Source: an uncultured Alphaproteobacteria bacterium
Lineage (GTDB): Bacteria > Pseudomonadota > Alphaproteobacteria > Rhizobiales > Xanthobacteraceae
Reading direction: 5' to 3'
Length of the DNA stretch: 64,000 nucleotides
NCBI GenBank assembly: GCA_963820365.1
Contig: CAWFZR010000005.1
Span: forward strand, 6,852-70,851
A program made the position numbers and the translations under genes. Of the stretch, positions 46,781-55,412 are shown in pieces. The notes under the pieces were generated by a model. That model made no database searches, was not told the origin of the DNA, and saw nothing but the letters and a program-made list of their open reading frames with translations. The stretch's first letter is position 1. Each line of letters starts with the position of its first letter.

Positions 46781-47230
46781 ATGGAAATCCGGAGGACGGA
46801 AATGGCGGCTGGTCCGGGCAAGCTGACCGCGGCCGCGCTCGTGCTGGCGAGTGCATCGGTCATGTCGCCACACGCGGCGCCGGTGCTCGATTTCGGCTTC
46901 TTTCGCGCCCGCGTCGAGCCGATCTTCCTGGAGAAGCGCGCCGGCCACGCGCGCTGCTACGTCTGCCATGTGGACGGCAACAACGCCTTCCGTTTGGAGC
47001 GGCTCTCGCCGGGCGCCAAGGCCTGGAGCGAGGAGCAGTCGCGCCGCAATTTCGAGATGGCCTCGCGGCTGGTCAATCCCGGCGATCCCGCGACCAGCCG
47101 CCTGCTCCAGCAGCCGCTGGCGCCCGAGGGCGGCGGCAATGTCTTCCACTCCGGCGGCCGCCAGTTCGCGTCGAGGGACGACCCGGGCTGGAAAACTCTG
47201 GCCGACTGGATCAACGGGCAGAAGCTGTAG
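46781..47230 (+). CDS. Small secreted protein with one CxxCH heme-c motif
   Basis: Signal-like AAALVLASASVMSPHAAP. FFRARVEPIFLEKRAGHARCYVCH contains CYVCH. 149 aa (or 142 from the second Met). Confidence 0.6.
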   Translation: MEIRRTEMAAGPGKLTAAALVLASASVMSPHAAPVLDFGFFRARVEPIFLEKRAGHARCYVCHVDGNNAFRLERLSPGAKAWSEEQSRRNFEMASRLVNPGDPATSRLLQQPLAPEGGGNVFHSGGRQFASRDDPGWKTLADWINGQKL

Positions 47231-47291
47231 TGTCCCGATTGCGAGTTTCGATGAGATTGATCGACAACGGCGCACATGCTCGGCCGGACTT

Positions 47292-47397
47292 CCCTCTCCC
47301 CGCTGGGGAGAGGGTGGGGGTGAGGGGGTCCCGGAGCACTGATAGATCATGTAGAGACCGAAACCCCTCACCCCACCCCTCTCCCTACGGGAGAGGG
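47292..47397. repeat. Long imperfect palindrome (CCCTCTCCCC..GGGGAGAGGG type)
   Basis: The arm at 47292-47327 and the arm at 47364-47397 are near reverse complements, and each arm is itself a hairpin. Same class as 37346-37530. Confidence 0.7.
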
Positions 47398-47506
47398 AGC
47401 CCGCCGAGTTTGCCGACGGATCGTCGGCTCAACCACGAGAGTAACTCACGCTTCAACGAAGGTCGGTACTGGCGCCGCTACACGGGTACAACAACGGGAG
47501 GATGAC

Positions 47507-48527
47507 GTGCAGACATCTTGCTTGAGCCGGTTGTGGCCCCTGTGCGCTGCGACCGGCGTTTTGCTGGCCTGCCTGACGAGGCGCGAACGCTCAGACAACG
47601 GTGAAGATCGGGCTCGCTGTCCCCAACTTTGGTGCTTTCGCACCGGTCTATGCGGCCGAGGAGCTGGGCTACTACAAGGAATATGGCCTCACGGCGGAGA
47701 TCACCGCGTATCGCGGCGGGCCGGCGGCGCAGGAGGCGCTCGCGGCCGGTGCTGCCGATATCATCAATTTCTTTCCTCCGGGCGTGGCGCTGGCGGTGAA
47801 GAAGGGCATCAAGGAAAAGATCGTCGGCATCGGATCGGCGATGCCCTCGGGCTGGGCGATCGTCGTGATGGCGAATTCGCCGTTCCGCACGGTGGCGGAT
47901 CTTGCCGGCAAGAAGATCGGCATCACCGCAAAAGGCGCGACCACCGATTTCTACGCGCTGTGGGCGGCGAAAAAGGCCGGCGTCGCGATCGAGACCATAC
48001 CGGTCGGAGCGCGGCGCTCATTCCCACCCTCAAATCGGGCCAGATCGACGCCGCCGTCCTCAACCCTCCGCTGTCGTTCCGGCTGACCATCCCCGGCGAG
48101 GGCCGCTCGGTCGCCGACCTCGGCAAGGAAATGGAGCCGACCCTTCCCGATGTGTGGGTCGCAACGCAATCGCTCATCGACGGCAACCCCAAGGCAGTCG
48201 AAGGGCGCGCTGCGCAGCATCTACAAGGCGACGGCGTACATGAAGAAGAACCGCGCCTACGGCATCGACTACCTGCGCAAGTTCACGGGCGAGAAGGACG
48301 ACCGCGTGGTCGAGCGTGAATATGACGTCGTGATCGCCGCACGTCCCACCTCGGCGAAGATCGAGCGGGCGTGGATCGAGGCGTCGCTTGCGCTCGCCGC
48401 CCTCGCAGGCCTGACCGACCTTCCGCCGATCGCGGACATCTTTACCGACCGGTTCGGCACGCGTGAGCGGCGAATGACGCAGCCTGGAAAATTCCGGCGA
48501 TGGGTGCGGCGCTTGCAGGCTACCTGA
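47507..48527 (+). pseudogene. NitT/TauT-family (aliphatic sulfonate/nitrate-type) substrate-binding protein, multiple frameshifts
   Basis: The coding signal hops frames: signal peptide (47507 frame), TVKIGLAVPNFGAF.. (47601 frame), ..ALIPTLKSGQIDAAVLNPP.. (47507 frame), ..ALRSIYKATAYMKKNRAYGIDY.. (48150 frame). Breaks at ~47570, ~48010 and ~48200. Confidence 0.7.
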
Positions 48528-49263
48528 CGTTTGCCGTGCTCCTCCTCGGCGGATGGGAGCTCGCCGCGCGGCTCGCCGTGGCCGACACGGACCTCCTTCC
48601 GCCGCTGTCGCAGGTGTGCGCCATCCTGTGGCATTTCCTGCAGGACCCGCGGTTCATCGCGGACCTCGCGCTCACCGTGAACGAAGTCGCGGTCGCTTTT
48701 CTCGTCGCTGCTCCCCTCGCCATCTCGACCGGATTTCTGCTCGGGGAGCGCGTCCATCTCGCGGAAGCTTTCAACCCGGTCGTGCATTTCATCCTGGCCG
48801 TGCCGCAGTCCATCTTCCTGCCCGTCTTCATCCTGGCGTTCGGCATCGGCTTTCTCGAAAAGGTCCTGTTCGGCGTCACGCATGCCTATTTCGTGATCCT
48901 GATCAACAGCTTTGCCGCCGTGCGCTCGGTCCCGCGCCCGCTCATTGCCGCCGCCCGCGTCTTTGGCGCGACGCACACGCAAATCTATACCCACATCTAT
49001 CTGCCGGCGATGCTGCCGCTGATCCTCACCGGGCTGCGGCTCGGGATGATCTTCTGCATCATCGGCGTCCTCCTCGCCGAGATGTACGCCTCGCGCCGCG
49101 GCATCGGCCGGCTCATCTTCGGCTGGGGCGAGGGCCATCAGATTCCCGGAGCTGCTCGCCGGCATCCTGCTGGTCTCGGTCCTGACCATTGCCGTCAACG
49201 AGACCATGCGGCTCGCGGAGCTGCGCGTCGGCCGCTTCCAGGCCAGAGCCGCGGTGCGCTGAT
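48500..49263 (+). pseudogene. NitT/TauT-family ABC permease with a frameshift near its 3' end
   Basis: Normal permease sequence runs to ..GWGEGHQIP. The last helix (ELLAGILLVSVLTIAVNETMRLAELRV..) is in another frame that ends at 49263. There is an extra C in the CCC run 49145-49147. Confidence 0.75.
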
Positions 49264-50053
49264 GCCGATCATCGAAGCGCGCAGGCTCGCGAAGGAATTC
49301 GGCGCCGGCCGCGCACCGGTGCGCGCGCTCGAGGAGGTGTCCTTTACCGTCGAGGAAGGGCGCTTCGTCACCCTGGTCGGGCCGAGCGGCTGCGGCAAGT
49401 CCACGCTCCTGCAAATCCTCGCCGGATTGATCGCGGCGACGAGCGGGGAGGCGCGCATCGAAGGAGAGCGCATCTGCGGACCCATGCCCGGCAAGATCGG
49501 GATGGTGTTCCAGGATCCGACGCTGCTGCCTTGGAAGACCGCGTTCGCAAACGTCGAGTTCCCGCTCGATCTGCGCGGGGACGACCGGGCGGCGCGGCGG
49601 CGGCGCTGCGCCGCGCTGCTCGAGCTCGTGGGCCTGAGCGAATTCGCCGACCATTATCCGCACGAGCTCTCGGGCGGCATGCGCCAGCGCGTCGCGATCG
49701 CGCGCGGCCTCGCGCGCGATCCGCGGCTGATCCTCATGGACGAGCCCTTTGCCGCGCTCGACGAGCAGACGCGCACGCGCATGGGTCACGACCTGCTCGA
49801 CATCTGGGAGAAGACCGGCAAGACGGTGTTCTTCATCACCCACAGCCTGACCGAAGCGATCTACCTCTCGGACAGCGTGCTGGTGATGAGCCCGCGGCCC
49901 GGACGCATCATCGAGACCATCGCCATCGAATTTGCGCGGCCGCGCGAGCTCGACATCATCGGCAGCGAGGCGTTCGGCCGCATTCGCAACCGCATCTGGC
50001 ACTTGATCGCGGAGACGCAGAAATGCCGCGGCAGCGTATCATCAGGCCTTTGA
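49262..50053 (+). CDS. NitT/TauT-family ABC transporter ATP-binding protein
   Basis: GPSGCGKST, LSGGMRQR, ILMDEPF. ATG 49262 overlaps the permease stop (TGATG). Confidence 0.9.
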   Translation: MPIIEARRLAKEFGAGRAPVRALEEVSFTVEEGRFVTLVGPSGCGKSTLLQILAGLIAATSGEARIEGERICGPMPGKIGMVFQDPTLLPWKTAFANVEFPLDLRGDDRAARRRRCAALLELVGLSEFADHYPHELSGGMRQRVAIARGLARDPRLILMDEPFAALDEQTRTRMGHDLLDIWEKTGKTVFFITHSLTEAIYLSDSVLVMSPRPGRIIETIAIEFARPRELDIIGSEAFGRIRNRIWHLIAETQKCRGSVSSGL

Positions 50054-50775
50054 CCATCGCGGCGGCGGTGCTGGCGCTGTGGGAAGCCACGGTGCGGCTC
50101 GGCCTGGTCAATCAAATCATCCTGGCGGCGCCGAGCGACATCGTGCTGGCGGCGGCGACGGACGGCGCGGTTTTCCTGCGCGCCTTCGCGACCACGCTGA
50201 GCGAGATCGGCGCGGCGATCCTCATCGCCTGGGCGCTCGGCATCGTCGGCGGCGTCATTGTCGGCAGCTCGCACCGGCTTGCCGCCGCCACGGCGCCGGT
50301 GCTCTCGTCGATTTTCGCCATTCCCCTGATCATCCTCTATCCCCTGCTGATGGCGTGGCTCGGCATCGGCCCGTTGTCGAAGATCGTGTTCGGCGCCTTC
50401 TCCGGGTTCTTTCCGATCGCGCTCAACACCATCGACGGGGTACGCGCCGTCGAGCAGCGCTATCTCGCGCTCGCCCGCTCGATCGGCGCGACGCGGCTGC
50501 AGACCTACGCGCGGGTGATCTTTCCACTGGCGCTGCCCGCGATGGTATCGGGGCTGCGCGTCGGCACCGGCCTCGTCGTCATCGGCGTGCTGGTGACCGA
50601 GATGCTGGCCTCGCTCGGCGGCATCGGCTTCCTGATCTCCTACCATCGCACGCTGTTCAACACCGGCCACGTCTATTTCGGCATGCTGCTCGCCCTGGTC
50701 ATGGCGGTCGCCGTCAATGTCGGGCTCACCCGGCTCGACCGCCGGATCGGGAACTGGCGCCTGCGCGAGCCGTAG
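50023..50775 (+). CDS. NitT/TauT-family ABC permease (second)
   Basis: 250 aa from MPRQRIIRPLTIAAAVLALWE. Paralog of the 48500 permease. Confidence 0.9.
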   Translation: MPRQRIIRPLTIAAAVLALWEATVRLGLVNQIILAAPSDIVLAAATDGAVFLRAFATTLSEIGAAILIAWALGIVGGVIVGSSHRLAAATAPVLSSIFAIPLIILYPLLMAWLGIGPLSKIVFGAFSGFFPIALNTIDGVRAVEQRYLALARSIGATRLQTYARVIFPLALPAMVSGLRVGTGLVVIGVLVTEMLASLGGIGFLISYHRTLFNTGHVYFGMLLALVMAVAVNVGLTRLDRRIGNWRLREP

Positions 50776-50842
50776 TTCCCCGGCTTGGCAAATGCTTGTC
50801 TTGCGTCCCGAATGCAATGCAGCGCGCATCGGGGGGCGAGGC

Positions 50843-51330
50843 ATGGCAGGCAAGTCTCCGGTAACGGCTACAGATGATCAAAGCATCGCGCTCAAGGTGA
50901 TGGCGGGCGGTGCCGATCGCGCCGAAGCCGACCGCGCGCGGGCCATTCTGTTGTTGACGCTTAGCGGCTGGACCAGCGCACGGATCGCCGAAGCTTTCGG
51001 CGTGCGGCGAATTCATGAGCGGCGGGCTCGACGCACTCCATTTACGCCCCGGTGGGCGACCGCCCCACTACGCGACCGACACCGCAAGAAAATGCCTTCA
51101 TGCCCGGCTCGAAGCGGGCCAGCTGCGAGCTTTGGCGCGCGGATGATACCCACCTGGGCACGCGGCGCGCGCGAGCCCATTCCGCGTCCGTTATCGGCCG
51201 AGCGTCAGCAGTATGGGGCTTCGCCTTGGGCGATAGCATCGACGCCCATTCCGGCCCGCTCGCTGAAAATACAGCGGGAAAACAGCGGGCCCCCTTTTGC
51301 GCCAGGCCAAACTTCTACAATCTATAGTTG
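50843..51330 (+). pseudogene. IS630-family transposase remnant (HTH region), multiply disrupted
   Basis: ..ADRAEADRARAILLLTLSGWTSARIAEAFGV.. followed in other frames by ..MSGGLDALHLRPGGRPP.. No DDE domain present. Confidence 0.6.
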
Positions 51331-51426
51331 TATTCCTATACCAGATCCCTGCAATGGCGACTCATGGGCGATTCCCCAAAGAGCGCGCGAGTCTGATTCA
51401 ACATGGCGAACCAAGGAGGTTCGTCA

Positions 51427-51641
51427 TGTCGGCTCCGATACCGTGGCGTGATTTTGATGCGTCACAGCTGCGGAGTTTGGCAAAGAAGGACGGCCCCCAG
51501 GCCCATCGGCTTCTCGCGCTGGCGGCGATCTATGACAGTGCGGCGCGCACCGAGGCGGCGAAAATCGGCGACGTCAGGCGTCAGATTACAACGAGTGCGG
51601 CCCTGAGAGTCCGTCCGGAGACTTTATCAAGGATTGCCTGA
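51427..51641 (+). pseudogene. IS630-family transposase N-terminal remnant
   Basis: MSAPIPWRDFDASQLRSLAKKDGPQAHRLLALAAIYDSAARTEAAKIGDV.. About 115 bp (51491-51605) is ~88 percent identical by eye to 61282-61398. Confidence 0.6.
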
Positions 51642-51649
51642 CACCGCCT

Positions 51650-51913
51650 CTACTGCACAGCCGTTTCGTGCTGCTCAGATATTCGACGCTGCCGCTCGAA
51701 CTGGTCCCTATAGAATTCAAGAACAAAGAGCCGAATGGCTGATGACAGATTGGCAGACTGCCGTTTAGCGTCGATGCCGGTAATCAGATTAGACAAGGTC
51801 TCGTGGCGCGTCGTCGCGATCTCTCGCAAGCTTTTCCAGAATGCATCTTCCAAGCTAACGCTCGTCTTGTGTCCGCCGAGCACAACCGAGCGCTTAATGA
51901 TCAAAGATTTCAT
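51650..51913 (-). CDS. Ribbon-helix-helix (RHH_4-type) domain protein
   Basis: 87 aa. ..RSVVLGGHKTSVSLEDAFWKSLREIATTRHETLSNLITGIDAKRQSANLSSAIRLFVLEFYR matches the RHH_4 pattern (TS.SLE..FW..L.EIA...NLSSA.R). Confidence 0.7.
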   Translation of the reverse strand: MKSLIIKRSVVLGGHKTSVSLEDAFWKSLREIATTRHETLSNLITGIDAKRQSANLSSAIRLFVLEFYRDQFERQRRISEQHETAVQ

Positions 51914-52078
51914 AAACCCCCGTCTCCCACTCGTCGAGAGAACCGAGAAGCTTTTCAGCGACGGTATTTTGACAACCAATGGGACTTTCAGGATTATTAT
52001 GGTAAATTCTCCGCGCGGTAGCAACCCTGCCCGCTCGTGATGTAGGTAGCACACGATCTGTCCGGTTCATGGTGGTCC

Positions 52079-52420
52079 TTTCCCCAGGGGAGGATTCGAT
52101 GAGGCGGACGGAGGTTTTGCACGGTGTGCGGATGATGAGGTTCCGGGACGTTTTCGGGCGATGCGAGGGCGGCAGTTTGAGCAAGTCGGAGGCAGCAGAA
52201 ATTCTGGGATCAATGAGCGAACATTTCGTCACTGGTGCCAGCGATATGAGGAGGAGGGGGAAGTTGGTCTGGCGGACCGGCGGAGGAGCGCACCGTCGCA
52301 AGCGGTCGCGTAAGCCGCTTTGCCGGCATGATGCTGCACCAGGACGGCTCACGGCATTGCTATTCCTGATCTCGACCAGCCCTTGGATCTGATTGTCACG
52401 CTCGGGAGCGATCTAGGCAG
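52079..52420 (+). pseudogene. Transposase remnant (ISNCY-like HTH region, tentative)
   Basis: MRRTEVLHGVRMMRFRDVFGRCEGGSLSKSEAAEILG.. then frame changes, then ..MLHQDGSRH..LDLIVTL. Family assignment is from memory of similar N-termini. Confidence 0.45.
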
Positions 52421-52771
52421 CAGAAGCGGTCATTGATGTGCTACCTAAACCGGACAATTTAATTCGCTATCTACACCCTGCCCGCTCCGTGATAATGACA
52501 CCGCAGCCCTAGGGACCCCCCAAGCGCTGAGAGGTTCTCAGGGTTAGGTGCCGACCTTGGACCCTCCAAGCCAAGGTCGGCACCGCTTCTTGCAAGGCAT
52601 AAAAGAAATTGGCCCCAACGACGATGGGCGTTGTGGGGGCCAAGGGTCCCGCTGAAATAATGGCTGGGGGGCTATTCAGCGGGGACTGAGGGGAACGACA
52701 AAGCCATAACCCACTGAGGAAGGAATGGCTAGCTCGCCTTCTCCGTCGTCACCCCTTCGTGATTGAGCGGT

Positions 52772-53458
52772 TCAGTCCTGCCAGAACTTGGAGAACCGAT
52801 CCGGTGCCAGTGCCGTGTACCTTGCCGTCGATTGCAGATTGCAATGCCCCAGATAGTGTGCCAGCGATCGAGTATCATGACCATCGTTGGCGAGCTTATA
52901 ACCGGTCGAATGCCGCAGCATGTGCGGATGGACCGGAAATGGAAGCTTCGCGGCCCGGCCGGTACGCTGGACCATTCGCAAGAACCAAGCCGTGGTCGTT
53001 GGCGTTCCGGCTTCGGTAACGAACACATACGGGTTCTGTCCGTGCAAGGGCCGCAGCGCTCGCAGCTCGGGACCGTGCAAGGGATGAACGCTCTCAATGC
53101 CGCCTTTGGCTCGGTTCACATGCAGGCGGCCATGCCGAAGATCAATCTGCGACCAGCGAAGCGAGCATAGTTCAGCAGCGCGGAGGCCATGACGATACGC
53201 CAGTAAGATCGCAGCAGCATCCCTCGCGCCATTGCGGCCTCGCAGCAACAGTTGGCAAGACTGCTCCGCAAACCCCAATACTTCGTATCCAACTATGAGC
53301 GAGGGCAGAGGCGGATAGACGTGCTGGAATTGCTGCGGATTGTTGAGGCTTTGAAAGGCAATCCGCGTCGGGTGTTTGGCGGCATTCTTAGACGACGCAC
53401 TGGTTGAGCAGCAAAACGAAGCCCCCCACGCTGCCAGCGTTTGATAGGAACAGCCCAC
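52772..53458 (-). CDS. Small tyrosine recombinase, FimB/FimE-like (DNA-invertase type)
   Basis: ..AYRHGLRAAEL.. (Arg), HPHMLRHSTGYKLANDGHDTRSLAHYLGHCNLQSTARYTAL (HxxR, His, Tyr). The catalytic set is complete. The N-terminal ~70 aa is poorly matched and starts at GTG. Confidence 0.8.
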   Translation of the reverse strand: MGCSYQTLAAWGASFCCSTSASSKNAAKHPTRIAFQSLNNPQQFQHVYPPLPSLIVGYEVLGFAEQSCQLLLRGRNGARDAAAILLAYRHGLRAAELCSLRWSQIDLRHGRLHVNRAKGGIESVHPLHGPELRALRPLHGQNPYVFVTEAGTPTTTAWFLRMVQRTGRAAKLPFPVHPHMLRHSTGYKLANDGHDTRSLAHYLGHCNLQSTARYTALAPDRFSKFWQD

Positions 53459-53922
53459 AGTCCTTACGCGTTACCCAATAGATGGCGATGTAACTGTGCT
53501 GAAGAGCGCGAGGATGTTGCCAATGAGCATTCACAAAAACACTGGCTTGGGAGTAAGTCAACAGCCATGCGAGTGGAACATCGGGGTTCGGCAGCGAAAT
53601 TCGGATGTAGATCGGTCGTTGGCTAGCTGACATATGAGACCCCTCCCCAAAGCTCACGGAACCAACCGGCAACGACAACTAAATCGGCGACCGAGAAGAA
53701 CGCCGAGATCGGGATCGCCATGTGGATATCGGGTATGTTGCCCCAGCAGTAACAGGAACTAACCACACCTGTAGTAATTTGATCTTCGGCGGCCCTTGTT
53801 GAACCCCCTGGTTGAACTAGGGTTGCCGGGACCTCGGTAGATCAACCTCCGCCGGGGTCCTTTTTATTTGCAGGCTACCCCACATTTTCATCAGCTATAT
53901 CGCTGGGCAAGTAGAGACCTTC

Positions 53923-54215
53923 TTGCTCTGTTCTTCCATGCTGGAAACATCCGTTCGAGACCATTTGAAGCGCGGATACCAGCAATTGCTCGAAAAAGGG
54001 CAATTGCCTTCGCGGGAAAAACTCAAGGACTATTACGCGACATTTCGAGGTCGCTTTGCGCCGGAAAAGCTCCTCCAACTGGATGGCGAGGAGTTGCTCA
54101 ACACCATTCATGCACATGGAAATCGAGACAACCTGGTTTATTGGTTGGAATTTAAGAATGATGAAGAGTTTCCAAGCGGTCTTCAGTAGCATTGCGGGAG
54201 GTTCGGCGCTCAATT
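53923..54215 (+). pseudogene. N-terminal fragment of a larger protein (possibly a McrB-like AAA+ restriction ATPase), frameshifted and truncated
   Basis: ..LDGEELLNTIHAHGNRDNLVYWLEFKNDEEFPS, then in the next frame ..FSSIAGGSAL. Homology stops at ~54215. Family assignment is from memory only. Confidence 0.35.
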
Positions 54216-54296
54216 CTAGCATATCAACAATGTCCTTCATTTCCCAATGCCGATCGGCCACGCCAGCGGCCATTGCCGGTGTCACGTTGGGCACCA
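54215..54296 (-). pseudogene. Transposase C-terminal remnant
   Basis: ..VTPAMAAGVADRHWEMKDIVDMLE resembles the TPAMAAG..D..W C-terminal tail of several IS transposases. No upstream part survives. Confidence 0.35.
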
Positions 54297-54539
54297 TCAA
54301 ACTGACACACTACAAATTCATTTCGCGTGTCTGCACGATGACCGGTCTCAGACGGCGTCGTATTGACAGGGTCGGCCTTCGTCATATGGACGCGGTCGAG
54401 CGGACTTGATAACTTGTTCCAGCGCAGGTGTACGTGCTGGTCGAGACGCCAGCGGGCAATTCCATAGTGCAATTGTACTTCAGAAATTCGCCTTTCCGTC
54501 ACCCTACGGGGATAAGGACGAGACGACGTGCGTGTACAC

Positions 54540-54570
54540 AAAAAAAGCCCCGGCACTGAGGCCGGGCTTC
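54540..54570 (-). terminator. Rho-independent terminator for the minus-strand peptide locus 1
   Basis: Minus-strand reading: AAGCCCGGC-CTCAGT-GCCGGGGCT followed by TTTTTTT. About 85 nt downstream of the peptide A stop. Paralog of the terminator at 63107-63133. Confidence 0.7.
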
Positions 54571-54653
54571 CCCGAGGTTCCCGCTGATCTCTCGACGCCG
54601 CTCCCAGACCTGTCAGATATTTAGCGATAGGTGGTAATTTGGTATTGACTTCT

Positions 54654-54818
54654 TTACGGCTTGCAGCCGCAAATCCAAGCCGTGAAGAACGGCAAGGTGT
54701 CGAAATACGCCCCTTTCTCAATGCCGGCGGCTGCAGCCTCGATCGCCTCGTCTGAAACCGTGTAGGTGAGGATATCTTCGTCGGCATCGAGGGTGTCAGT
54801 AGTGTTGATATCGTCCAT
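54654..54818 (-). CDS. Precursor-like small peptide A (54 aa), conserved leader plus unique core
   Basis: MDDINTTDTLDADEDILTYTVSDEAIEAAAAGIEKGAYFDTLPFFTAWICGCKP. GAGAGGA SD 5 nt upstream. Intact frame. Not in the ORF track. Confidence 0.65.
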   Translation of the reverse strand: MDDINTTDTLDADEDILTYTVSDEAIEAAAAGIEKGAYFDTLPFFTAWICGCKP

Positions 54819-54889
54819 GGTTTTCCTCTCAGCTAGGGCACATCACTGAGAATGTGGGGGGGCAGTTAACGAGAGTTTGGTGAAACTCT

Positions 54890-55059
54890 TCACTGTCCGC
54901 GGCATGGGAACTCCGACGTCGGATATGGAACCGCTACACTGGTGCACATCGGAGTGGTACCCCATCCACCCGCTGCAGCCTCGATCGCCTCGTCTGAAAC
55001 CGTGTAGGTGAGGATGTCTTCGTCGGCCTCGAGGTGTCAGTAGTGTTGATATCGTCCAT
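54890..55059 (-). pseudogene. Precursor-like peptide B, 1-nt deletion in the leader
   Basis: ATG 55059 with AAGGAGG SD. One C is missing from the ACCCTCGA run compared with copies A and F (~55033). The restored frame gives MDDINTTDTLEADEDILTYTVSDEAIEAAAGGWGTTPMCTSVAVPYPTSEFPCRGQ. Confidence 0.6.
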
Positions 55060-55118
55060 GGGTTTCCTCCTTTGCAGCAGAGAGGGTGCCAGTTTCCGTA
55101 TTAGTGGCGCCCCTGGGG

Positions 55119-55287
55119 TCAGCAATACACGCAGGCTAAGTAGACAATACCACTCAGCGGAGCCGTGTTGATAAACACCCCCCCTCCAATGCCGGCTGCA
55201 GCCTCAATCGCCTCGTCTGAAACCGTGTAGGTGAGGATATCTTCGTCGGCCTCGACGGTGCCAGTAGTGGTGTTCGGAATCGTCCAT
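55119..55287 (-). pseudogene. Precursor-like peptide C, ATG out of frame by 1 nt
   Basis: AAGGAGG SD plus ATGGACGAT at 55287. The rest reads ..NTTTGTVEADEDILTYTVSDEAIEAAAGIGGGVFINTAPLSGIVYLACVYC in the frame of track ORF 55119..55532. Contains a G7 run. Confidence 0.6.
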
Positions 55288-55412
55288 GGCTTTCCTCCTT
55301 TGCACAGAGGGTGCCAGTCTCCGTTATTAGTGGCGCCCCAGGGGTCAGCAAATCCTGTATGGCATGGTGTCGACAGACATCCCCCTCCAATGCCCACTGC
55401 CTCGATTGCCTC
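55288..55412 (-). pseudogene. Precursor-like peptide E, 3' half (downstream of the IS256 insertion)
   Basis: ..EAIEAVGIGGG.. With one extra G in the G5 run the core reads GMSVDTMPYRIC and stops at the TGA homologous to the peptide C stop. As sequenced it reads through into C. Confidence 0.5.

Noticed and set aside
52609-52645. TTGGCCCCAA / TGGGGGCCAA, reminiscent of the fim-switch inverted repeat TTGGGGCCA, as the target of the nearby FimB/E-like recombinase
   Set aside because: The two arms are only ~10 nt apart, so they form a hairpin rather than bracketing an invertible segment. The resemblance to the E. coli site is short and may be coincidental.
53388-53678. 96-aa ORF overlapping the 5' end of the recombinase gene, as a possible excisionase or regulator
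   Set aside because: No helix-turn-helix or Xis-like pattern. It overlaps the recombinase N-terminal region in another frame and may simply reflect uncertainty about the recombinase start.
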